The translations under genes were made by a program, and so were the position numbers. Positions 22,832 through 36,679 of a stretch of DNA of 57,583 nucleotides are shown here, piece after piece (positions within the stretch are counted from its first letter, which is position 1; each line of letters begins with the position of its first letter). Origin of the DNA: Octopus sinensis (lineage: Eukaryota). The stretch is from assembly GCF_006345805.1 (NCBI RefSeq), contig NW_021833666.1, positions 1-57,583 on the forward strand. Reading direction: 5' to 3'. The notes beneath the pieces are model-generated. The model was not told where the DNA came from, ran no database searches, and saw nothing but the letters and a program-made list of their open reading frames with translations.

Positions 22832-23517
22832 TATATAGGTGACGGGCTTCTTTTCAGTTTCCGTCTGCCGAATCCACTCACAAGGCTTTGGTCGGCCGGA
22901 GTCTGTTGTAGAAGACATTTGTCCAAGGTTCCACACAGTAGGACTGAACCCGGGACAAAGTGTTTGGAAAGCAAGCTTCTTACCACACAACCACACCTGT
23001 GCCTCTATTTCATTTCGAGTATTACGTTCCCGTAACTTAAAGATTCGGCTAAGAAACCGATAGAATAGGTACTTAAAAAATTCATGAAGGCAGTGCTCCA
23101 GCATGGCCGCGGTCTAATGTCTGAAACCAGTAAAAGATAAAACATAAAGGACGAAAGAGAGAAATACATTTGAGAGACAAACGAGAAGACTCAAAGAACT
23201 TGACACCATTATTAGAATATATAATTTAATATGAAAAACCCATGAAAACGAATGTCTATAACTGTGATGAGAGCGATGTAAGTTAGAAGACAAATTGAAA
23301 ACACATATGGCTGCTAAATGGTCAAAACACAACGAGAGAAAGAACAGAAAACTGAAAATAATCATCGATTTTTACAATATATAAAACTACAATAAACCAT
23401 TTAATTTTCTATTTTCCATAATCTGAGGCGAGTCAATAAACTCATAAAACGAAAGTGCTTCTTATTCATTCGTTTCCATTCCTTTTTATATTGATTTTTG
23501 TGCGCTTTTTGCGTAAG

Positions 23518-24088
23518 GTATATCGGAACATTAAAAATGTTCGTATTTTCCAAAAGTCTAGACAACAAGCAAGTGATGAGTTGGCAGAATCGTTTGCACG
23601 CTGGGCGAAATGCTTTGTGGTATTTCGTCTGCCGCTATGTTCTGAGTTCAAATTCCGCCGGGGTCAACTTTGCCTTTCATCCTTTCGGGGTCGATAAATT
23701 AAATACCAGTTACGCACTGGGGTCGATGTAATCGCCTTAATACCTATGTCTGTCCTTGTTTGTCCTCTCTGTGTTTAGCCCCTTGTGGGTAATAAAGAAA
23801 TAGGTATATCGGAATATTTAAAATTTTCGTATTTTCCAAAGTCTAGACAACAAGCAAGTGGTGAGTTGGCAGAATCGTTTGCACGCCGGACAAAATGCTT
23901 TGTGGTATTTCGTCCGCCGCTGCGTTCTGAGTTCAAATTTCGCCGAGGTCGACTTTGCCTTTCATCCTTTCGGGGTCGATTAAAATAAGTACCGGTTACG
24001 CACTGGGGTCGATGTAATCGACTTAATTTGTTTGTCTGTCCTTGTTTGTCCACTCTATGTTTAGCCCCTTGTGGGTAATAAAGAAATA
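23518..24088 (+). repeat. Tandem duplication (about 295-bp unit) of unique flank plus SINE family D
   Basis: GGTATATCGGAA..GTCTAGACAACAAGCAAG begins both units (23518 and 23813). Confidence 0.85.
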
Positions 24089-24538
24089 CGAATCGTTTGC
24101 ACGTCGGACAAAATACTTCCACGATATTTTCTCTGCTTCTTTAGGTTCTGAGTACGAAGGCAGCCGAAGTCGAATTTGCCTTTCGTTCTTTCTGGGTCGA
24201 TGAAATAAAAGTCTCAGTCTAGTACTAGTGAGTCCCCTCAAAATTGTTGGCTTTCAACTCTGTGACGGACCGGTGTCCCGTTTAGGAGAGGATGTTATGA
24301 TCCCGGTCACTTATACGCCAGGGAAACTTGGTAGCGTGTTCTATAAGAACGAGGACTCGAGAAATAAAAGAGACAAAAACCGTTTAAAAAAGATTAAAAC
24401 GAAATACTTTTTAAGAAACGACAACAATAAAATCGACAACTTGAGCAGTACTGGTGCTGAATGTCTCTCGTTGAGAGATTTAGAAATAATAATGTTTCTA
24501 TTTATTAGTTCAGTGTCTGTGTGTCACTATGAAAACTA

Positions 24539-24682
24539 TATATTTTCGAACAGGGATTTAGCAGCGCCACCTCTTGTCGAACAGTTATTCTGTGCCGAGG
24601 AAGTGAAATAACCCAGAAACCACGGTCCACAGGTATAGCCTTGAGCTGAGTGAGATGCTAAACTCCCCTGTTCGAAAATATA
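24539..24682. mobile_element. MITE-like element with terminal inverted repeats
   Basis: TATATTTTCGAACAGGG (24539-55) and CCCTGTTCGAAAATATA (24666-82), plus inner TTTAGCA/TGCTAAA; TA at both ends. Confidence 0.6.
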
Positions 24683-25268
24683 AGGACAGAGTTTCGTATA
24701 TCCGGCTGGAGACGATGTTTCCTGGGGCTAAACAACAGTAACATTCGTCTCAACCGGGACCCTCTCATGTTGGCAAATAATCTTTACTTTGAAGCAGTAT
24801 TTCTTTCTCTGTTCTCCTTTATTCTTTTAACATTCAAATTATTCTGTCAAACGTGATGCATATTTATTCACATTGTTTTGAATTATGTTTTATTTTATAG
24901 CTTTGAGATTTCTATGATGTGACTCTTTGCTTTTAGAATGGCATTGTAGGTTAAGTGTAAGATTCCAGATTGGCTGGTTCAAGGCATAAAACGGGTAGAA
25001 TATTTGGACTGGATATGGCCGGTTCGAATGCGGCAGGGTTATACTAAACCATCCAATCCTTTGAAATAGGATACGTTATATGCATTCAAATATGCAAATG
25101 ATGCAGCGTTTTAGGAAACACATCGCACGTCGTAATAAGGCTATCTCCCTCTTCCTCTCTCCTTTCCTCTCAATCTATCTATTTATCTATCTGTCTATTT
25201 GTCTGTCTATCTATTTATTTATTTATATATCTCGTTCTCTCTTTTTTGCTATGAGTATGTATTTGGAT

Positions 25269-25575
25269 GTGGAGGCGCAATGTCCCAATGGTTAGGGCAG
25301 CGGACTCGCGGTCGGAGGATCGCGATTTCGATTCCCAGATCGGGCGTTGTGTGTGTTTATTGAGCGAAAACACCTAAAAGCTCCACGATGCCCCGGCAGG
25401 GGGTGGTGATACCCCTGTTGTACTTTTTCGCCGCAACTTTCTCTCACTCTCTCTCTTCCTGTTTCTTGAGTAACGCTGCGATAGACTGGCGCCCCGTCCA
25501 GCTGAGGAGAACACATATACCATAAAAACTGGGAAACCGGGCCCATGAGCCTCGCTAGGCTTGAAAAGGACGTCG
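25269..25575 (+). mobile_element. SINE family A head plus tail type 1, full length
   Basis: Complete A head; tail GCTGCGATAGACTGGC..GAAACCGGGCCCATGAGCC. Confidence 0.9.
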
Positions 25576-25605
25576 TTTATCGTTATGTATTTGGATAAAC
25601 TGCAT

Positions 25606-25954
25606 TAGTGGTTCCTAACCGGGGGTCTATATGGACCCTAAGAGTCCATATAAATGTTAAAGGGTCCACGCAACGAAATAGTAAATTGGGGATCCACAAC
25701 AATACTTCAAGGGCCCCTAGAAAAAAATTGCTTTAAATATATGTATTAGTATGTATTGCAAGAAAGATCTAAGTTTCTTTTTTCTAACCTTTTTCGATGT
25801 TCAACCTACCCAAGTTAATCTGTGAATAAACAGAACAGGAATTTAAAAGCTTTTATAAAACCAGTTTTTAAACACTGAATGGCTGGGGTGGGAGTCGCCA
25901 GAATAAAATAATACTCAAAGGGGTCCATAGATACAAGATGGTTGAGGACTCCTG
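25606..25954. mobile_element. Degenerate hAT-type MITE
   Basis: Ends TAGTGGTTCCTAACC / GGTTGAGGACTCCTG resemble CAGTGGTTC(T/C)CAACC TIRs; internal GGGTCC repeats. Confidence 0.45.
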
Positions 25955-26289
25955 GGTTACATGCGTTAACGTTAGTGATAATTTGCCCGTCGACTGAGTG
26001 TTTCATGCAGGCTCGATCCTCGCTCACAGATGTTTTACTCTTTCCAACGGTCGCCTTTTGATAAATTTCTGAAAGTCAAACCCACAAGATACTTTTTTTC
26101 TCCTCCCACCCAACCAACCAAGTGTCTGTGAGTCAGAAGGCGATGGGTGGGCATCGTTTCATCATGCATGACCGACAAATTGACTATTCACTACGGCAGT
26201 AAATCACAAGCACACACACACACACACAAGCACACACACACACATGCAAATGTATCTGTACAAATACGTGCGTGTGTGTGTGTGTGTTG

Positions 26290-26322
<33 letters not shown>

Positions 26323-26721
26323 CGCGTGTGTCTCTGTGTGGCTGTCGATGGCTGTTAGGGCAGTATTGTTCCCTTGTTAAACCTAACAGTAGCCACTGTG
26401 ACATTTAAGAGTAAGCCTATATGGTCTGTAAAGATCACACACACGCCTCTTAAATACCAAATGCTTTTGACATATTTCATACCGTATTCATGGGTGGGTA
26501 ATCAGTTTTCTTACGGGAGTAGCAGCAGCAGTAACGGCAGCAGAGCTAGTAGTAGTGATAACTGTAATAGCAGTAGTTGTAGTAGAACAGAGAAGAAAAA
26601 CATTTTGTCTCCTCTATCCTACCATAAATGCGCCAGACACACACATACACACACACGTACACAGAAGGTAGTATATATATGCATGCAAAAATATACACAT
26701 GTGAATGTGTATATTTATATA

Positions 26722-26903
26722 TATTCTTTTGTTCTTTCTTTAACTCGTTTTAATCATTTGACTGCGGCCCTGCTGGAGTACCGCCTTTTTGTTGTCGAAC
26801 AAATCGACTCCAGGAATTATTCTTTGTAAACCTAGTACTTATTCTATCGGTCTCTTTATGCCGAGCTAGCATCGGTTGTTAAGCGACGGCGGGGCGAAAA
26901 ACA

Positions 26904-26970
<67 letters not shown>

Positions 26971-27128
26971 CGATGGGCTTCTTTCAGTTTCCGTCTACCG
27001 AATCCATTCACAAAGAATTAGTCGAGCCGAGGCTATAGTAGAAGACATTTGCCTAAGGGTTCCACGCAGTGGGACTGAACCCGGAACCATATGGTTGGTA
27101 AGCAAGCTACTTACCACACAGCAACTCC
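26722..27128 (-). mobile_element. SINE family C with an internal deletion
   Basis: Reverse-orientation match to family C. Confidence 0.85.
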
Positions 27129-27308
27129 TTTATATACATAACTATAAAAAATATTAAGGTGGCTGTTCGCAATTTAAAAACCAGAAGGCAAAAGTACAAA
27201 CAGATGTCAGTAACGGTGCAAACCAGCACTCGCATTGAAACACACACACACACACAACACACGCATGCATACATACAGACATACACATATACATACATAT
27301 ATATATAC

Positions 27309-27381
<73 letters not shown>

Positions 27382-27408
27382 ACACACCACACACTGGCTT
27401 CAGCTTCC

Positions 27409-27686
27409 TATTTCTTTATTACCCACAAGGGGCTAAACACAGAGGGGACAAACAAGGACGACATAGGTATTAAGTCGATTACATCGACCCCAGTGCGTAA
27501 CTGGTACTTAATTTATCGACCCCGAAAGGATGAAAGGCAAAGTCGACCTTCCGTCTACCAAATCCGCTCCCAAGGCACTGGTCGGCCCAAGGCTATAGTT
27601 GAAGACATTTGCCCAAGGTGCCAAGCAGTGGGATTGAACCCGGATCCATATGGTTAGGAAGCAAGCTTCTCCCTACGCCTGCGCCT
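27409..27686 (-). mobile_element. Chimeric SINE: family C head joined to family D 3' half
   Basis: Junction ...AAAGTCGACCT|TCCGTCTACCAAATCC at ~27550. Confidence 0.8.
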
Positions 27687-27743
27687 TCTTATACACACAC
27701 ACACATAAATGTATACGTATATATATATTATATATGCACATAC

Positions 27744-27781
<38 letters not shown>

Positions 27782-27820
27782 TAATATATATATATATAAT
27801 ATAATATATATAATATATAT

Positions 27821-28022
27821 GATTGAAAACATTGCAGTCAACAAGAAGGGGTACGGTGGACAAATATTTCTTAACCACTACAATTGTTTCCACGCAACGT
27901 AATTCTCCAGGTGTGCAGTTACTTGATTATGCAACTGTTTTCCTGCATTATGAAATCCAGCTGTCTTTACTCAGGCGATATGTAAATATTGTTTCATTAC
28001 ATTCAAAATCCTCGGCTTCAAG

Positions 28023-28078
<56 letters not shown>

Positions 28079-28264
28079 GTTCTCCGTAATTTCAGAGTTA
28101 ACATATCGCCTGAGTAAACACATCTAGATTTCATAATGCAAGTAAACAGTTGCGTAATCAAGTACACACACACCCGGAGAACTACGTTGCGTGGAAACAA
28201 TTGTAGTAATTAAAAAATACATGTCCAACCGTTCCTCTTCTTGTTGACTCCAATTTTTTCCATT
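27821..28264. repeat. Long inverted repeat (about 155-bp arms) around a (CT)n-containing spacer; possible fold-back element/MITE
   Basis: 27831-27986 matches the reverse complement of 28098-28254 (roughly 85% by eye). Confidence 0.85.
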
Positions 28265-28348
28265 CTCTATTCACACACTAAAGAAACCCAAACGCAAACC
28301 TGGAATTACGTATACTACTACTACTACTACTACTACTACTGGATAGCA

Positions 28349-28390
<42 letters not shown>

Positions 28391-28660
28391 TGTGTGTGTA
28401 GAAAGACCAAGGTGTACGTACGCCGCTGTGTTTTATATATAAAAAATACAAAATGGGACAAGAACGCAAAACATCCAGACAGTTAGATGATACAAAAAAA
28501 GGGACAACAAAACATCCAGATAGACGATATAAAGAAAACAAGGATGGGTTATTCGGTGTTTTCTTTCCTCAGTCGAGTTCCAGATTATCTTTGCAATTTC
28601 CGCTGGTTATACTCGAGATTGCTCCAATATGTATATGTATGCACATATACATATTTATAT

Positions 28661-28732
<72 letters not shown>

Positions 28733-29689
28733 GTATATATATATATATGTATAAACTTTCTGACGTACCCAGTATTTCTCGGGAAAGCGGGGCTTATCCC
28801 TTGGTTCTATTCTCATAATTGGTTCGTTAATCTAATAATAATAATACAAAGTATGTACCCTTGAAACAGTTCTGGTGCATTTATAGCGAATACTGAACTG
28901 TCTTACAAAGGATCTTGTTTTTAGGAATTCCCAATAAGTTATGAATACCCAAATTGTGAAGTCAGTTATGTAATAACTTGAAAGTAGTTACCCGATAGTA
29001 AGAATTCAAATAAAGTAGCACCGAAAAGGCCTTTAATGTTTTCCTAGGGTATATAGAACATAGGAGGAAATACTAATATGGTATGTATACTAAAATCGTG
29101 AAGCATGTTACGTAATAACAGACTAATCAGATATGCGATAATAATTCAAAGTAAATGGCTCTGAAAAGAGTTTTTGTACGTTCCCAGAGAATATTACCCT
29201 CAGCTGCGCTAGTGTTGGTATATTCGTGAATAAGTCACTATCCGAAATAAGTGAATCTATTGTTTAAGAAAATGCTATTTACTTGTTTAAGTGTTGTAAT
29301 GGATAAACTGCGAAAAAGACTAACAGTTTAAATACTAAGAAATAAGCATACTCAATTTGATTTATGCCAAATGATTTAGGGAAATAAATGGGTTATTTCG
29401 TTTGGCTATGTATAAGGATCCCTCCAGGAGCGAATGGGTTATTTCCTTTTGTTTTTGAAATAAAATATATTGGTTATATATATATATATAAGGATCCCTT
29501 CCAGGGCCCTATTATCGATTTTTGCAACGGAAATTTCGAGATTAAAATCCTCGGTTATCGAGAGCAATTTCGGTTCTCGAACAACATTGCTGAACCGAGT
29601 CGAACCGAGTCGGGTGCAAAGAAATATAGATGGGTTAGCAAATGCTTGTTGGACAAACACAGGTAAAGAAATTTGTCTATATTGGTAGA

Positions 29690-30604
29690 ATGAAAGAAAG
29701 GAAGAGAGAGAGGAGAACAGAAAGGAAGAGAGAGAGGGGGGACAGAAAGGAAGAGTGAAAGAGAGGGGGGACAGAAAGGAAGAGTGAAAGAGAGGGGGGA
29801 CAGAAATGAAGAGTGAAAGAGAGGGGAAAACAGAAAGGAAGAGAGAGTGGGGCAGAAAGGAAGAGAGAAAGAGAGGGGGAACAGAAAGGGAAAAAGGTGT
29901 GAAGAAGAGAATGAAAGAATGTAAAAGAAAATGTAACTAAAGAGTGATAAAATGAAAGAAGGAAAGTAGAAGAAAGGAAAGAATGACGGAAAGAAAGAAA
30001 GAATTAAAGTAAAATTTAAAGAAAAATTAAGGAAAGGAAAAAATTAAAGAAAGAAAGAAAGAAAGAAAGAAAGAAAAAAGAAAGAAAGAATTAAAGTAGT
30101 TTTTAAAGAAAAATCTAAGGAAAGGAAAGAATTTAAAAAGAAAGAAAGTAAAAGAAATGGGAGATAAAAGTCTGAAAAAAGGGAAGAAAGACGAAAAGGA
30201 AGGAGGGAAAGAAAGAAAAGAAGGAAAGAAAGAAAAGAAGGAAAGAAGGAATAAATCAAAGAAATAAAGTAAAAAGATAGTATGAACAAAAGTGTGAAAG
30301 AAGGAAATAAGAAAGAAAGGAAGACAGAAAGAGGAAAAGAATTAAAGAAAGGAATGAAAAAGAAAGGAGGAAGGACAGGGTGAACAAAAGTGTGAAAGAA
30401 AAAGGAAAAAGAACGAAAGAAAGAAAGACCGAAGAGAAAGAAGGAAGGAAAACAGAAAGAAAGAAACAAAGAAAGGAGGAAAGAAAACGAGAAAGAAAGA
30501 GATAAAGAATTTAAGAAAGAAAGAAAAACAGAAAGAAAGAAGGAAGGTGTGCACAAAAGTGTGAAAGAAAAAGGGTAAAAGAACGAAAGACCGAAAAGAT
30601 GTAA

Positions 30605-30649
<45 letters not shown>

Positions 30650-30760
30650 TAAGAAAGACAAAACCATGAAAGAAGATGTAAACGGAAGTGTGAAAAAAGA
30701 AAGAAAAAACGAAAAAATGAAAGAAACCAACAAACAGTGTGAAAGAAAGAAATTATAATC
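29690..30760. repeat. About 1.1-kb GA-rich polypurine tract, with ~28-bp units at 29710-29890 and (GAAA)n
   Basis: Direct reading. Confidence 0.95.
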
Positions 30761-30979
30761 ATGGGAAGTCAAAATATCCTGCAGAAGTATACTCAGCCGT
30801 GTTGTTCTTCCCTGAAACACAACAAACGCCAATATCTTTCTCTTTTTTCTTTTGTTTATCTTTTACCGAGATCTCTTCAATTTATCTCGAATATATTCCA
30901 TCTCTAAGAATGACTATATTTCAGACATTAGTTCTTTCGGCTGTTTTTACTGGTGTTTTCGTAAAAGTTTTCTCTATAA

Positions 30980-31013
<34 letters not shown>

Positions 31014-31187
31014 ATTTTCTTATTAACCTTTCCAAGATACACTTGTTGACCAGTCTTCCGCTGTCTCTCAATCTCTCTTTCTCTCTCTCTATATAATATG
31101 TGTGTGTGTGTGTGTGTGTGCGTGTGTATAGTTACATAATTACATACATACATACAAAATTATATGTGTGTGTGTGTATATACTTAT

Positions 31188-31220
<33 letters not shown>

Positions 31221-31253
31221 CTTACATACATACATATATACATACAGACATTT

Positions 31254-31301
<48 letters not shown>

Positions 31302-31419
31302 TATATACATATATATATACATACATAATACATACATACATGTATACACAGAAATACATCCAGTTTCTCCCAATTCTTAATAAAACTTTTACTTTTTTTT
31401 ATATTTTGTTGCTGCTTGC

Positions 31420-31455
31420 TGTTGTTATTCTTTTCTCTCAATCTCTCTCCTTCTC

Positions 31456-31492
<37 letters not shown>

Positions 31493-32050
31493 CTCTCTCT
31501 TTCTTCTTGTCTTATATTCATCTCTTTCCCTCATTCTGTCTCTCTCTATCTCTTCACTCTTTGCTTTTAAAAGATTTTCATTTTCTCTCCTTCGTCTGTC
31601 TTTCTTTCTTATAGTCTTTCTCTTTTCCTTTCTTTCATTCTCACTCTCATTCTTTCTTCTTGTCTCACTGTTCATCTCTTTTCTTCAGTCTCCCCCTCTC
31701 TCTCTATCTGTCTCTCTATCTCTCACTCTCTTTTCTCTCTCTCTCTCTCTCCACTATTTTTCTTATAGTCTTTCTCTTTTCTTTTCTTTCAATCTCACTT
31801 TCATTCTTTCTTCTCTCACTTTTCTTCAGTCTCCCTCCCTCCCTCTCTCTCTCCCTCTGTATCTCTTTCTCTTACTATCTTTTCTCTCTCTCCACTCTTT
31901 TTAAACTGATTTTCATTTTCTCTCCTTCGTCTGACTCTCTTTCTTACAATATTTCTCCTTTCATTTCTTTCATTCTCACCCTCATTCTTTCATCTTCTCT
32001 CTCTTTTCATCTCTTTACTTCAGTCTCCCCTCTCTCTCTCTCTCTTCCCG

Positions 32051-32086
<36 letters not shown>

Positions 32087-32220
32087 CACTCTTTTTTAAC
32101 TGATTTTCATTTTCCCTCCTTCCTCTAGGTGCATATTTCTTATACTCTTCCTCCTTTCCTTTCTCTCATTCTCACCGTCTCTCTCCCTGCTTCTCACTCT
32201 TTCCCTCTCTCTCTCACATG
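31420..32220. repeat. About 0.8-kb CT-rich polypyrimidine tract
   Basis: Direct reading. Confidence 0.95.
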
Positions 32221-32703
32221 CTTTATTTCTGCCGCTTGCTATCACCAACGTGTGAAGAAGTACATTCTATTTGTGTCAAAATATATCTCTCATATATTTA
32301 TTCTCTTCTTTAGTCTACTTACTAATTTTCTTTAGATGATATCAACGCTGCCATTTTTTTTTATCTAACCTTGTCACTGTCATCACCACAACAATCACAA
32401 ACCCCACAGACACACAGACGCATATACAAACATATACAAACATACATACATATATACATACATACATACATACATATATAGATATATGCATATATATATG
32501 TTTGTGTGTATGTGTGTATATATGCATATATCTATACATATATATGTGTCTTTATATATATGTATATATATTATATATATGTATATATATTCATATATAT
32601 ATATATATAAATAAATATATATATATATATATACATATATATACATATAATATATATATATAAATAAATATATATAATATATTATACCTATATATACATA
32701 TAT

Positions 32704-32755
<52 letters not shown>

Positions 32756-33059
32756 GTATATGTATATACAACGCTCACATATACGCACACACTTGCATAT
32801 ATTTCAGCAATATACTGATTAAATTACGAGAAATGAATGATAACGTTTGACATGGCACTCGGCCAATTTTTTTGGTCTGTTTTATGTTTTTTTATTGTTT
32901 TTATTTTTATTTGTTTCTTTATTTATTTATTTCTTTGGTCACAGTAGGCGGGTGTGAATGGTTTTAGTCTCTTCTGGTATTTATCATCGTCTGAGAGTCC
33001 GGTAACTTTGCTGGATAATTCTGGAACCACCAAAGGAAACTAACGAGTTGCCATTGCAC

Positions 33060-33500
33060 TGATTAAAGGGAAGGAAGAATAGAAAGGGTAAGGGGAGAGG
33101 GATGAGGAGGAGGTGGAGGTGGAGGTTGGGGTGGAGGAGAAGAAGAAGATTAGGAGGAGGAAGAAGAGGAGATAGAAGGAGAAGAAGTAGAGGAGGCTGA
33201 AGAAGAAATGAAAAAGAGATTAGAAAGAGATGAGAAGAGGAGGAATAAGAAGTGGAAGAAGAAAAAGAAAAAGAAGGAGAAATGAAAAAGAAGAGGAGGG
33301 GAGGAGGAGAATGAAGGTGGGAAGGAGGAGGTGAAGGAGGAGGAGGAAGAAGAAGAAGAAGAAGAAGAAGAAGAAGAAGAAGAAGAAGAAGAAGAAGAAG
33401 AAATAAAAAAGAAGAGGAGGGGAGGAGGATGAGAATGAAGGTGGGAAGGAGGAGGTGAAGGAGGAAGAAGAAGGAGAAGAAGAAGAAAAATGGGAATGAT
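33060..33500. repeat. (GGA/GAA)n purine tract with an internal ~70-bp duplication
   Basis: GAAGAGGAGGGGAGGAGGA..GAATGAAGGTGGGAAGGAGGAGGTGAAGG occurs at ~33290 and ~33412. Confidence 0.9.
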
Positions 33501-33897
33501 GGGGGAAGATGGGAAATGCACTGGTGCCATTTTTTATAGCTTCTTTTCCATGCATCTGCCCACAAGATGGCTTGAACAGAGCACTGCTGCGAAACGACAG
33601 GCCACTTGTCACTCTTAACAATCTCATGCTGCAATGTCAATTGGCAGAATTAAAAAGAGCCGTGAAGAAACTGCCCCGGGACGTTTAGATGCGAAATTAA
33701 GCTTGGGTTGTCTGTGTCTCTCTTTCTTCTGAGATCAATATTTCCTTCTTACTATAAGCACAAGGCTTAAAATTTTGTCCGGCTAGCTTACGAATTTGTC
33801 AGTTGTGTAACGGTATCTTTAATAATCAGATATACATTTACCTGTTCACATATCTCGGGCGTTGTACCTAAGTCAAAAACATTTATAACTTATAACA

Positions 33898-34090
33898 TAG
33901 GCGTAGGAGTGGTTGTGTGGTAAGTAGCTTGCTTACCAACCACATGGTTTCTGGTTCAGTCCCATTGCGTGGAACCTTGGGCAAGTGTCTTCTACTATAG
34001 CTTTGGGCCGACCAAAGCCTTGTGAGTGGATTTGGTAGACGGAAACTGAAAGAAGACCGTCGTATATATGTATATATATATATATATATA

Positions 34091-34148
<58 letters not shown>

Positions 34149-34300
34149 ATATGTTTCTGTGTCTGTGTTTGTCTCCCCACCCAACATCACTTGACAACCG
34201 ATGGTGGTGTGTTTACTTCCCCGTAACTTACGGTTCGGCAAAATAGAATAAGTACTAGGCTTACAAAGAATAAGTCCTGGGTTCGATTTGTTCGACTAAA
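33898..34300 (+). mobile_element. SINE family C, nearly full length
   Basis: Head TAGGCGTAGGAGTGGTTGTGTGGTAAG; ends at GTTCGACTAAAAGC. Confidence 0.88.
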
Positions 34301-34890
34301 AGCAGAACATACCTTTCCTCTGTGGTCCCACACACACCGTATGTATGTATGTATGTATGTATGTAATGTATGTATGTATGTATGTATGTATGTATGCATG
34401 TATGTGTATGTATGTATGTGTGTATGTATGTATGTTTGTGTATATGTGCGTATATATGTGTGTATGTATGTGTGCGTGTATGTATGTATATACCAATGGT
34501 TGCGAAACTGCGGCTCGTGGGCCATATCATCCTTTCAAAACTACTGTATATAACTTCTGATATAATATTATGTTTCATTGCAATTTTCCTTTCCTAGACA
34601 ATTGTAACATCCACGCAACTGAATTTAAAAGTAATTAACTTCAAAACTGAAGACACAATAAAAGTTTTTTCAACGGCAGGAAATAACGAATCCATTTTGG
34701 TGAGTAGAATTACGTAAGCGAATATATTTTTATTATCTTCAAATGTAATTTCAGATAGATATGTGGTTGCTGTTGAACGTAAAAAGATCACCCTGCGTAA
34801 CTCTAATCAAAACATTTGGCAACATCTGATACACATCGTCCATCCATCCATCCATCCATACATCCATCCATCCATACATCCATCCATCCA

Positions 34891-34924
<34 letters not shown>

Positions 34925-34944
34925 CATACATACGTGCATTCTTA

Positions 34945-35244
34945 TATTCTTTTACTTGTTTCAGTCATTTGACTGCGGCCATGCTGGGGCACCACCTTGA
35001 AAAATTTTAGTCGAATCAATCGACACAAGTAATTTTTTTTTGTTTTACTTTTAAAACCTGGTACTTCTTCTATCGATCTCTTTCGTCGAATCGCTAAGTT
35101 ACGGTGACGTACACATACACCAACAGCAGTGGTGGTGCCACAAACATACAAATATATATATATATATATATACACACAAATATACACACACACACACACA
35201 CAACACACACACACTCATATATATATATATATATATATATACAT

Positions 35245-35275
<31 letters not shown>

Positions 35276-35438
35276 ACGGGCTTCATTCGGTTTCCATCTA
35301 CCAAATCCATTCACAAGGCTTGAATCCGCCCGGGGCTATACTAGAAGACAGTTACCCAAGGTGCCACGCAGTGGGATTGAACCCGGAACCATGTGATTGA
35401 GAAGCAAGCTTCTTACCACACAGCCACTCGTGCACCTA
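34945..35438 (-). mobile_element. SINE family C, full length
   Basis: Reverse-orientation match. Confidence 0.85.
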
Positions 35439-35510
35439 CATTCACACCCTCACGCACACACACACACACACACACACGCACACACACACACACATGCGCA
35501 TTTAGATATA

Positions 35511-35582
35511 GATGGTGATGGTGATGATGATGATGATGATGATGATGATGACGACGACGACGATGATGATGACGATGATGAC

Positions 35583-35614
<32 letters not shown>

Positions 35615-35672
35615 CGAAGATGATGATGATGATGATGATAATGATGATGATGATAACGATGATGATGATGAT
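35511..35672. repeat. (GAT)n microsatellite
   Basis: Direct reading. Confidence 0.95.
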
Positions 35673-36239
35673 GGCTGCCCACCAAGGAAGTTTCTTTACA
35701 GACCATTAAGAACACTGTGCACTCAAATGCATATATATACCTTACACTTGTGGCCCCACAGGTGACTAATTCATTTAGAATTTGATAAACACACGCGTCT
35801 ACTGATATTGCAGACCAAACTCCCACCACCACCACCATTCACTGCACTTGTGGTGCGGTTTCTATCTTCTCGTTTAAATACTCCATTAAAAAATGCGTGT
35901 TTTTTTTTTTTTCGAAAACATCCACCCCTTTCTTAACTTCTTGGGTGGCAATAACAAGCATTGCATTACCAATTGACCTCAAATGTTTCACGCGTGGGAC
36001 TTTACTCAACGAAAAATTTACTCTGGTCTTAAACCGTAGTCTCGGTTTCTTCAATGGCGGATTTGTTTAGAAGCTCGCATTGCAACCACGTGGCTTGAGG
36101 CTCGATGTCACCCTGCAAGCAAGCTGGATCAAATGCCTCATGCAAATAGCTCCAGGCCGATCCATGCCTTGTGAGTAAATATGGTTGTCAGAAACTGTGA
36201 AAAAGCCTGTCGGTATATACATGTGCATATACCGACTGC

Positions 36240-36552
36240 CATTAGTCGAGCAAATCGACCCCAGGTCTTATTCTTTGTAAGGCTAGTACTCATTCTTTTG
36301 CCGGACCGCTAGGTTACGGGTACGTAAACACACCAGCATCGGTTGTCAGGCGATGTTGGGTGAGAGAAACAGACACACGCACACACACACGCACACACAA
36401 ACACACACACGTATATACGATGGGCTTCTTTCAATTTCGGTCGGCCCGAGGATAGAGTAATAGACACTCACCCAAGGTGCCAGGCAGTGGGACTGAACCC
36501 AGAACCATGTGGTTGGGAATCAAGCTTCTTACCACACAGCCATGCCTACGTC
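36240..36552 (-). mobile_element. SINE family C, internally deleted
   Basis: Reverse-orientation match. Confidence 0.8.
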
Positions 36553-36626
36553 TATATATACATACATATATACATATACACATATATATATACATATACA
36601 TATGTTTATGTACGTATACACATATG

Positions 36627-36679
<53 letters not shown>

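Larger units (their letters stand above)
21812..23025. repeat. Local inverted duplication of a SINE-C composite block
   Basis: 21812-22420 matches the reverse complement of 22630-23025, including the unique flank GTAATACTCGAAAT and private variants. Confidence 0.88.

Noticed and set aside
29470-29688. Possible exon with CAG|GTAAAG donor at ~29663
   Set aside because: No clear acceptor or start and an unremarkable peptide; donor-like motifs arise by chance
30044-33640. Long hydrophobic, membrane-looking ORFs (262, 218, 163, 162 aa)
   Set aside because: Translations of GA/CT tracts
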